A DNA stretch of 40,000 bases, taken from positions 18,333 to 58,332 of the forward strand of contig NZ_BMXW01000005.1 of NCBI RefSeq assembly GCF_014651955.1, written 5' to 3'. Positions 8,701 to 16,447 of this stretch are shown piece by piece (within the stretch, counting starts at the first letter, position 1; the number at the start of each line of letters is the position of its first letter). Both the position numbers and the translations under genes were made by a program. This DNA comes from Shewanella fodinae. Its GTDB lineage: Bacteria > Pseudomonadota > Gammaproteobacteria > Enterobacterales > Shewanellaceae. The notes below the pieces were generated by a model that was not told the DNA's origin, searched no databases, and was given only the letters and a program-made list of their open reading frames with translations.

Positions 8701-10869
8701 TTATTGCATCTTGTGGAACTTGTCGATACCGAAGGACTTACCTTCAGCGTGACAAGTAGCGCATGATTCAACGGGCAAGTCGGCAGTTGTTGCAACATCA
8801 TCTAAGACATAGGCACCATTAGACTTGAAGTGTGCTACCGCAGCTTCAGAGATGTGGCACGCATGGCAAGTCTCAGCAACCGGAGTGATATAACCGCCAG
8901 TCACCTGGATAGCACGTCTGCCAGAAGTCAGGCCACCATCAGTAGCAAACAACGCGGCACCATCTTTATGGCACACGGTACAATCTGTAGCCGGTGCAGG
9001 ATAAGGCACTACATCATTACTGTGATAGTAGTGAACAGAAGTTGCCAGATCTTTATTATCAAAGCCGTTGTGGGCACCAGGATAATTGTTGTTATGGCAA
9101 TCCATACACTGGTCAAAATTGTGAACGCCATGGTGGCCACGCTTGATGTAGTTCATGTCAGAGTGACATGCATTACACTTGGCTTCGGTAACTGTAATAC
9201 GGTCTGGGTCAACATAACGGGATTTAACAACTGTACCACCGTCAAGGTTGAAGAAACCAACAGTGATGTTTGCACCAATCCAGTCGTCATCACCAAATGA
9301 CAGATCAGTTTCGGAGCAGCTAACTGCTTTACCCGCTGTGCTCACGCAATACTGCATATCGCCTGACGCATACATAGTGCCGGTTGCCTGAGCATCGGTC
9401 ACTTCAGTAGACAGTGACAGCACGCCTGCAGAAGCCAGTGTACCGTTGGTCAGTGCTAAACTTACTCCCCAACGATGAACTTCGCCATTGGCATCAATAC
9501 TACCCAGCAACACTGCAGATTTCTTGATAGCAGCTAGATCAGCAACATCAGCCAAAGGCGCACCATTCAGTGATACCTCAGCGGTTACAGTGACCACTTG
9601 ATAACCAGGAGTCACAGAAGCAACTTTGCTCGCACCAGTATATTTCACTGTCAGCAGATTAGCGTATTCAGCTTGCTTACCAACTCTGTGAGCCTGTACA
9701 GGAGCCAAAGCGCCAGTTGAGTGGCAGGCCGCACACTGTGAGTCATCGGCTTGAGCCAGATTGAATTCAGAGTGTCCAGCACCAGTGGTGAAATTGATGT
9801 TGGAGTGACAGCCACCGCAAGCAACACGAGTGGGTTCATCTTTCCAACTGGTCTTACCTTCATCATTGCTGTGACACACAGTACATTCATAGATAGGTGC
9901 TGGATATTTGATTTCAGCCCATTCATCAGTCTGTACCGCCCAACCAGCCAGATGCTCACCAGCATGGATGCGGTGGATCATTGCAGGCAAATCATACACC
10001 CAACCTTCAGCAGTTTGCTCTGCAGTAGGCTGAGTTGCAGGGTTGTGACATGCAATACAATTCTTCACGCTCTGATAGTTGTGGTGCGCTTCGATATTGG
10101 CCAGATTACCTGTAGTGCCACTTTCACCATGACACTGCTTACAAGCCGCATCAGTCACGGTGTCTTTACCGGTATTGTCTACCAGTGCACCAGTAGCAGG
10201 AATGTAATCAAGCGGTGTTGACAGCACTTTATCGTCAATGGCAACACCATCGGCATCAGTCAAGTTATAAACACGCAGGAATACACGATGAGGCGCATTC
10301 AAATCATCATTTGGGTTCATGATAGGTGCAGCACCATCATGTGCCCAAGTACCGGTATAAGTACCCGGATTAGCAGGATCTTCTACCAGTGTACAGGCAT
10401 CGCCGGTGGTACCACGAGAAGTGTAAGTACCATCCAGGGTACAGTACATTGAAGAACTGTTACCAGCGGCAACGCCGTTGTTTACCCAGTACTCAGATGG
10501 ACCATCGCTGGTAGCGTTGGTCATAGCAGTCACTGAATAAATGGAGACCATGTTCAGTCCAGTCAGAGGTTTTTCCTGACCAGCTTGGTTCTTAGCAGTT
10601 GCAGTAAATTTTAAAGCAAAGGCATTACTACCTGCCAGAGTATTGTCGGCAGGAACGATCTCAAAGCTAACATCGCCAGCCTTGTATATAGTGGAGACAA
10701 CTGAACCAGCATCTTGTCCATTTTGTCCATCTTGGCCATCTTGACCTGGTGTACCTGGTGCGCCATCAACACCGTCTTTCCCGTCGTCGCCATCAAATGT
10801 ACAGGCAGAAAGCCCGAACAGGCCCAACAGGAATAGTGCTAGCAATGACTTGTTATGATTTTTCATCAC
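8701..10869 (-). CDS. OmcA/MtrC-family outer-membrane decaheme c-type cytochrome lipoprotein
   Basis: 722 aa. The signal peptide carries a lipobox (LFGLSAC). Ten CxxCH motifs fall in two pentaheme blocks: CKQCH, CIACH, CTVCH, CGGCH, CAACH, then CNACH, CMDCH, CTVCH, CHACH, CATCH. The blocks are separated by heme-free, probably beta-barrel, regions. A Gly-X-Y linker follows the lipid Cys, as in Shewanella OmcA as I recall it. No mtrA or mtrB genes lie nearby. Confidence 0.85.
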   Translation of the reverse strand: MMKNHNKSLLALFLLGLFGLSACTFDGDDGKDGVDGAPGTPGQDGQDGQNGQDAGSVVSTIYKAGDVSFEIVPADNTLAGSNAFALKFTATAKNQAGQEKPLTGLNMVSIYSVTAMTNATSDGPSEYWVNNGVAAGNSSSMYCTLDGTYTSRGTTGDACTLVEDPANPGTYTGTWAHDGAAPIMNPNDDLNAPHRVFLRVYNLTDADGVAIDDKVLSTPLDYIPATGALVDNTGKDTVTDAACKQCHGESGTTGNLANIEAHHNYQSVKNCIACHNPATQPTAEQTAEGWVYDLPAMIHRIHAGEHLAGWAVQTDEWAEIKYPAPIYECTVCHSNDEGKTSWKDEPTRVACGGCHSNINFTTGAGHSEFNLAQADDSQCAACHSTGALAPVQAHRVGKQAEYANLLTVKYTGASKVASVTPGYQVVTVTAEVSLNGAPLADVADLAAIKKSAVLLGSIDANGEVHRWGVSLALTNGTLASAGVLSLSTEVTDAQATGTMYASGDMQYCVSTAGKAVSCSETDLSFGDDDWIGANITVGFFNLDGGTVVKSRYVDPDRITVTEAKCNACHSDMNYIKRGHHGVHNFDQCMDCHNNNYPGAHNGFDNKDLATSVHYYHSNDVVPYPAPATDCTVCHKDGAALFATDGGLTSGRRAIQVTGGYITPVAETCHACHISEAAVAHFKSNGAYVLDDVATTADLPVESCATCHAEGKSFGIDKFHKMQ
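10711..10746 (-). repeat. Four tandem 9-bp units encoding the GQD/GQN triplets of the collagen-like linker
   Basis: The plus strand reads atcttgtcc attttgtcc atcttggcc atcttgacc. The whole Gly-X-Y run (GDD GKD GVD GAP GTP GQD GQD GQN GQD) spans about 10705-10791. Confidence 0.8.
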
Positions 10870-11134
10870 TTCATCCCTTGTTTAATTTATTTATCACACA
10901 CTCAGGACCATGTTGCATAGAAACGACTGACATCTGCTTTCAAATTCATTTCCGGTTCATCATCGGTATAGTCTTTGAATATCGATGTACGCTTCCTATA
11001 TAAGATATCGACCTACATATTTAGCTAAGCATCATCTTTAACGAACACTGTCCTGTCGCATAGACACTATACCTAGTTGTAAGTATATATTTAATTTCCA
11101 GATAACTAATTGTGAAGTTAGGAGTAAATTACAG

Positions 11135-11159
11135 CATCTGAAATGTTAAATTTCAGATG
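11135..11159. repeat. Perfect 10-bp inverted repeat in the AT-rich spacer (hairpin or protein-binding site)
   Basis: CATCTGAAAT-gttaa-ATTTCAGATG, followed by tgtgtcattttct. Confidence 0.6.
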
Positions 11160-12118
11160 TGTCATTTTCTAATATTGGAATTTATTGAAAAATATTTAAC
11201 GAAGGGAAATCATATGAACAACTTCAGCGGCGAAAAGCACTATAGCGCAAGGGTTAGCGATGAATCAATAGTTCAAGAATAATAATTCATGAAATCATAA
11301 CTTAAGTAATAGATATATAACTAATAAGCTTTACTCCAACCAAACCATTTGCTAAACCAATCAAAGGTACACATATAAAATCATTTTATATCATATAGTT
11401 ATAATTTTAATCTCCTAGAAATAATAATATATATTTTCAGCAAATACATTTTTCATTAATTAATCAACATCGCACTATTGAACTAAAACCAGCCTTTTAT
11501 CACAATTAGTTATGCTTAATAGGAAATGACAATGTTAAAGTGAAATACTCAAACACACAAATAAATAATATGTATGACATTTAAAATGCATACAGGATAA
11601 ATGATAACCATTCCCAATTTGCAGTGTTTTGTACATCGCCACATGAATAATTTCCTAATACACAATATTTACGTCAATACCGATGTAAATAGCTCAAGTA
11701 TACTTTTCAAGGCAATATCAATTGAAATATCACATTATTATTTTCGTCCATATTGAAGTAGAAATTGATAAATTATCTTGAAAAATGCCACTCTCAAAGA
11801 AATCAGCCAACTGAAAAATCCATAAGATTTACTATCAAATACTAGGAGTTATCGGGGATAGTCATACGCACCGCTGATGTTCTATCTCAGCATGAATCAT
11901 TCCTGATAATACAGATTTTGACGGCCAAAATTCACCATTACCGATTTGTAAAAGTGGTCGCAACCCAAGTACAAATGCGTGAAAGCGCATGAATAAAGCG
12001 TCAGCTACCCCATCAAAACCAAAATTGCTTGGCTATTAACTCTAGAAGCCTTTGATATGATGTCACTATTCACCGATGGAAGCTTATACCGAGCCACATT
12101 GCCACTAAAGGGATCCTG

Positions 12119-13051
12119 ATGTTTGGTTTTATCACTAATACGCTGTTGCCTGTGCTCATTCTGCTGTTACTGGGGTGGGTGTTTTTCCGCATAAAAATGC
12201 TCAACGAAGGGTTTATCGAGGCGGGGTCCAAGCTGGTGTTTAATGCGGCACTGCCAGCGTTACTATTCCTGTCTATCAGTCAGGCAGATTTTTCCCATGC
12301 CGCGAATTTCAGGCTTATCATGACTGGTGCGATAGCAACCTTGGCCTTTTTCCTATTATTGATGCTGTTCTGCCATTTCACTGTATCACCACCCAACGCC
12401 AGGGGCGTGGTCACTCAGGGCGGTTTTCGCGCCAATATGGGCATTATTGGGCTTGCCTATTGTACCAATACCTATGGCAATGACGGACTCGCTGCGGCCT
12501 CGGTATACCTGGGATGTATCACCATTTTGTTTAATGTGCTGTCTGTGTTCGTCCTGAATTTCTATCTGGACGGTAAGCGTTCGGTACGGCAACACATTAA
12601 AGGCATTGTCACAAATCCGCTGATTATCGGCATTCTGCTGGCGTTACCTATCTCTTACTGGCAAATCCAGCTACCGGAGGTGCTGATTCGAACCGGTAAA
12701 TATTTTTCGCAACTAACGCTGCCGCTAGCGCTTATTTGCACTGGAGCCTCTCTGCAATTCCGTTCTTTCAGTGCTGACTGGTTCAACATAGGTATCAGTA
12801 CCCTGTGCAAGTGTCTGCTGTATCCTGGCTTTATGGTGTTATCGGCCTATTTGATGGGATTTAGGGGAATGAATCTAGGCATTGTGCTGCTACTGTCTAT
12901 CGCGCCTACTGCTGCAGCAAGTTATGTGATGGTGCGCTATCTGGGTGGCGATCATCGACTCGCCGCTAGTATCATTGCAGTAACCACACTGGTATCGCTA
13001 CCGATAACCGCAGCCGCATTCGGCACATTGACGTATTTTGGGATAATCTGA
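12119..13051 (+). CDS. AEC (auxin efflux carrier)-family membrane transporter
   Basis: 310-aa polytopic ORF with an AAGGGA SD 5 nt upstream. The N-terminus MFGFITNTLLPVLILLLLGWVFFRIKML...GSKLVFNAALPALLF is typical of the Mem_trans/AEC family. Confidence 0.75.
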   Translation: MFGFITNTLLPVLILLLLGWVFFRIKMLNEGFIEAGSKLVFNAALPALLFLSISQADFSHAANFRLIMTGAIATLAFFLLLMLFCHFTVSPPNARGVVTQGGFRANMGIIGLAYCTNTYGNDGLAAASVYLGCITILFNVLSVFVLNFYLDGKRSVRQHIKGIVTNPLIIGILLALPISYWQIQLPEVLIRTGKYFSQLTLPLALICTGASLQFRSFSADWFNIGISTLCKCLLYPGFMVLSAYLMGFRGMNLGIVLLLSIAPTAAASYVMVRYLGGDHRLAASIIAVTTLVSLPITAAAFGTLTYFGII

Positions 13052-13197
13052 CAAACAAGTGAGGTGATGGGAAACACCGCAAGCGCATGGTTTTATCTTC
13101 AATTGCACTTCTTCAGACACACTGACTACACTTATTGATGTAGATCAATTTTTAAGCAGTAATTAGCATTTCGCTGCAAAAAGCTGAGAGGTCTGTT

Positions 13198-13809
13198 ATG
13201 AGTAATCATGTATGGGGACTCATGCTGCATCCCGAACACGAATGGCACAATATCAATGCTGAGCACGAAACCATTGGCCACATGTATGCACACCATACAC
13301 TGTGGATGGCGGCAATTCCGGTATTGAGTTCATTTATTGGCACGACCCAGTTCGGCTGGACATATGGTGGTGAAGAATCCTTCAAAGTGTCCACGCTAAA
13401 TGGTTTAGCGTTAGGGATAGCTTTCTATGCGCTGATACTATTGGCGGTGGGAGTTGTCGGTAGCCTGCTGCACTGGTTAGCGCGAAATATCCCAAATCGA
13501 CCGAGTCGTAAAGACTGCATTATTTTCGCTGGCTATGTGGGCACGCCGATGTTTCTCAGCGGTATATTTGCCATCTATCCGGTGTTCTGGTTGTGCTTGC
13601 TAGCGTTGATTGTTGGGGTACTCTATACCGCATACCTGTTATATACCGGAACACCTAGCTTTTTGGGGATCAGCCACAAGCAAGGGTTTATCCTGTCGGG
13701 TGTCACACTTGGTGTTGGTGTTCTGGTGCTAGAAATTCTGCTGGCAGTGGTCGTGCTGCTGTGGAGCATGGGGTCAGAAAACAGTGTTATCTGGCATTTC
13801 TTCCGCTAA
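13198..13809 (+). CDS. Yip1/DUF1282-type inner-membrane protein
   Basis: 203 aa with a GAGAGG SD. A soluble N-terminus (HVWGLMLHPEHEWHNI) is followed by five hydrophobic segments. The family assignment is from memory only. Confidence 0.5.
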   Translation: MSNHVWGLMLHPEHEWHNINAEHETIGHMYAHHTLWMAAIPVLSSFIGTTQFGWTYGGEESFKVSTLNGLALGIAFYALILLAVGVVGSLLHWLARNIPNRPSRKDCIIFAGYVGTPMFLSGIFAIYPVFWLCLLALIVGVLYTAYLLYTGTPSFLGISHKQGFILSGVTLGVGVLVLEILLAVVVLLWSMGSENSVIWHFFR

Positions 13810-13841
13810 CGCTCGTCACGGTGGCTTGGCTATCGAAATGA

Positions 13842-13868
13842 CAAGGGACAACATAATGTTGTCCCTTG
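13842..13868. terminator. Bidirectional terminator between the convergent Yip1-like and dsbA-like genes
   Basis: CAAGGGACAAC-ATAAT-GTTGTCCCTTG, a perfect 11-bp stem. Confidence 0.65.
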
Positions 13869-13889
13869 CTTATAGCACGTATCGTCACC

Positions 13890-14549
13890 TTAATTTTTTC
13901 CGGCTTGCGTCAACAGATAATCTACCAGCGCGGCAAAATAGGCCTCTGGATCTTTGGCATGAGTGATGGAAGTAAGATTAACGATATACTTACCACCTAC
14001 CAGAAATGCGGGCACACCTTTAATGCCAAGGCTGTCTTGATCTTTAAAGGCTAGCGATAGTTTGTCTAACGTGGCATCGCTATCCATCGCCCTATAAAAC
14101 TTGTCGGCATCAATGTGGTGCTCCACTAGGAACGATTTGAGATCTACTCTATCCGGTAAGCGCCGCTCAGATGCTGCAAAATCATGATAAAACGCCATGA
14201 TTTTATAGACGAGTTTGCTGTTACCACTCTGCTCCAGTGCGTAGAACACATGCGCATCAAACACCCAGCGATCGCGCCCGATAGCAGGACGGCGCACAAA
14301 TGTTACTTTAGGGTTAGCCTGTTCATATTTCTCGACGATAGGATTCATCGCCTGACAATGAGGGCACCCCAGCCACAGATATTCAATTACATACGGAGCC
14401 TTCACGCCTGGCACCTTGACGGCTGGATTTACGGTGATGTAATCCTGCCCTTCTTTAAACTGCGGCGTTTCGGCACTCGTGCCCACCACAACACTCATTC
14501 CAGCCAGTAACACACTGGCCAACAGCCACATACGACGTTTCATTACCAC
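13890..14549 (-). CDS. dsbA: DsbA-family periplasmic thiol:disulfide oxidoreductase
   Basis: 219 aa with a signal peptide (MKRRMWLLASVLLAGMSVVVGTSA). The thioredoxin-fold active site is WLGCPHCQ. The start is either GTG at 14549 or ATG at 14543. Confidence 0.85.
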   Translation of the reverse strand: MVMKRRMWLLASVLLAGMSVVVGTSAETPQFKEGQDYITVNPAVKVPGVKAPYVIEYLWLGCPHCQAMNPIVEKYEQANPKVTFVRRPAIGRDRWVFDAHVFYALEQSGNSKLVYKIMAFYHDFAASERRLPDRVDLKSFLVEHHIDADKFYRAMDSDATLDKLSLAFKDQDSLGIKGVPAFLVGGKYIVNLTSITHAKDPEAYFAALVDYLLTQAGKN

Positions 14550-14676
14550 GTTATTCCCTGCAAAATACCTGTTATCAAATGTTTGAAATAGTGCCTAAAG
14601 ATATTGCGTAATACCAGCAACAAACACCGTTAAAACATTAACTTCTGTTAACTCTACCAAATACCGCTGTAGCAAA

Positions 14677-14877
14677 TTACGATTTACCAGCTTCTTTGCT
14701 GTTGCTTAACGGATGCTCCGTTTTAGGGATATCAGATACCTTGATATCGCCATCTTTCGTTTTACCGTTAACCACCACGGCCGTGCCATGTGGCGAAACT
14801 TGAGCCCCCACACGAGTGCCATGCCAACTGCAACCGCTAACCATCATGAAACCAATCACAACGAGCAGGAATTTCAT
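14677..14877 (-). CDS. Small hypothetical lipoprotein
   Basis: 66 aa. MKFLLVVIGFMMVSGC is a signal peptide with a lipobox. The mature part is hydrophilic. AAGGAG lies upstream of the ATG. Confidence 0.5.
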   Translation of the reverse strand: MKFLLVVIGFMMVSGCSWHGTRVGAQVSPHGTAVVVNGKTKDGDIKVSDIPKTEHPLSNSKEAGKS

Positions 14878-15205
14878 GTTGATGACTCCTTACACTGCTA
14901 TAAATTGGATTAACCAATTGTTATAAAAGGATTGTTAGAATCGAACAACACCTATCAAACGCCACGACTTAGACCGTAACTTCTGTATGCTTCACGTTCG
15001 TCGTAACAAAAAATGCTGACTTGTTGACGCCTGCTCTCACATTATCTTAGCCGTGGATATTTATCATCCGTATAGCGTTATTAACAGAATATCTGGCGGT
15101 TGAACCCTCACAATTTTTATGACATCGGCAGATAAAAAGTGTATTACTGTCAAAGCATTATCAATAGTTATTCATCAAAAATGAGTGTGTAAACAGGATC
15201 CAGCG

Positions 15206-16318
15206 ATGTCAAACCAGACCATTTACCTCCCCAACTATACCGTTGGCGCAGATGCCTACGACAAAATTGCTTATATCACGGCACCCTATGGCAAAAAGGC
15301 CGTGGTGGTTGGTGGCGAAATTGCCATGTCCAAAGCGCGGCAGGCACTTAGCAACAGTGTCGAAAACACGGCAATCACACTGTTAGGCTTTCTCTGGTAT
15401 GGTGGCAATGCCACCATGGAAAATGTCCAACGTCTACAAGCTGACCCACTGGTGCAGCAGGCGGATATGATCTTTGCTGTCGGTGGTGGACGCGCCTGTG
15501 ATACGTTAAAAGTCTTGGGCGCCTTGCTCGATAAACCCGTGTTTACCTTTCCAACATTGGCGTCAAATTGTGCCGCTTGTACCTCGTTAAGCGTTATGTA
15601 TCATGAGGATGGTTCGTTCAAGGACTACGCCTATCAAAATCATCCGCCACTACATACCTTTATCAATACCCAGATTATTGCTGAATCACCAGTATCGTTG
15701 TTCTGGGCAGGGATAGGCGATGCCTTAAGCAAAGAGTATGAAGTGGCGTATTGCTGCCGCGACAAGCAACTGTCACATCTGCCCCAATTAGGGTTAGGCA
15801 TTGCCAAAACCTGCACCGCACCACTGCTGAAGCACGCTAAAAAGGCGCTGGCAGACTGCCGCAGTCATCGAGTTTCTGCGGAGCTAGAAGAAGTGGTACT
15901 GGATATCATCATGCTCACGGGGATTGTGTCCAACTGCACAGTGCATATCAGCGATCAAATTGCCCCGGCGGATCAGTATTACTACAACAGTTCACTGGCG
16001 CATTGTGTGTATTACGGCAGTTCCTTGATCCCGGCATGTGAGTCACATTTACATGGTGAAATCGTCGCTTTCGGTGTGCTGTGTTTGTTGAAATATGATG
16101 CTAATGATACCGAATTTAACCGGATTTTAGCCTTTAATAAATCTTTGGGGCTGCCTATCACCTTGGCTGATATCGATTTAACCACAGATGACCTACCAAT
16201 TATTGCCGATAAAGCCGCATCGGTGATTGAATGGCGCCATGCCCCTGGGACACCTACGAAAGAAAAGTTCATTGAAGCGATTGTTGAAACCGATCGTCTC
16301 GGACAGTTAGCAAAGTAA
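15206..16318 (+). CDS. Iron-containing alcohol dehydrogenase / glycerol dehydrogenase-like oxidoreductase
   Basis: ORF 15185..16318 trimmed to the ATG at 15206 (MSNQTIYLPNY). GldA/Fe-ADH-type motifs are present: AVGGGRACDTLK, GIGDALSKEYE and HGEIVAFGVL. Confidence 0.75.
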   Translation: MSNQTIYLPNYTVGADAYDKIAYITAPYGKKAVVVGGEIAMSKARQALSNSVENTAITLLGFLWYGGNATMENVQRLQADPLVQQADMIFAVGGGRACDTLKVLGALLDKPVFTFPTLASNCAACTSLSVMYHEDGSFKDYAYQNHPPLHTFINTQIIAESPVSLFWAGIGDALSKEYEVAYCCRDKQLSHLPQLGLGIAKTCTAPLLKHAKKALADCRSHRVSAELEEVVLDIIMLTGIVSNCTVHISDQIAPADQYYYNSSLAHCVYYGSSLIPACESHLHGEIVAFGVLCLLKYDANDTEFNRILAFNKSLGLPITLADIDLTTDDLPIIADKAASVIEWRHAPGTPTKEKFIEAIVETDRLGQLAK

Positions 16319-16361
16319 TGTTACGGAAAAACGACGCGGCAACGTCAATGTCCGTCGCGAC

Positions 16362-16391
16362 CAAAAAAGTGGGGACAGTAAACTGTCCCCA
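16362..16391 (-). terminator. Rho-independent terminator of fdhF (Sec copy)
   Basis: On the minus strand, TGGGGACAG-TTTA-CTGTCCCCA is followed by CTTTTTTGG, about 55 nt after the fdhF stop. Confidence 0.75.
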
Positions 16392-16447
16392 AAAGTTAAG
16401 TGTGAGTATTAACGTGTTAACGCATAACAAACAACATGTTGTGGCAA

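Noticed and set aside
8830-10221. Plus-strand ORFs 8830..9300 and 9751..10221, and minus-strand ORF 9651..9965, inside the decaheme cytochrome gene.
   Set aside because: They overlap a gene with ten in-frame CxxCH motifs and a lipoprotein signal. The alternative frames have no features.
11214-11282. A 22-codon ORF (MNNFSGEKHYSARVSDESIVQE) with an AAGGGA-like SD in the AT-rich tract.
   Set aside because: It is too short and featureless to support, and AT-rich DNA produces such ORFs by chance.
12057-12119. A 20-codon upstream ORF (MMSLFTDGSLYRATLPLKGS) whose TGA overlaps the ATG of the AEC transporter gene (TGATG).
   Set aside because: It has no SD in front of it, and the AAGGGA inside it serves the transporter start. 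The overlap is probably coincidental. It could only be settled by ribosome profiling.
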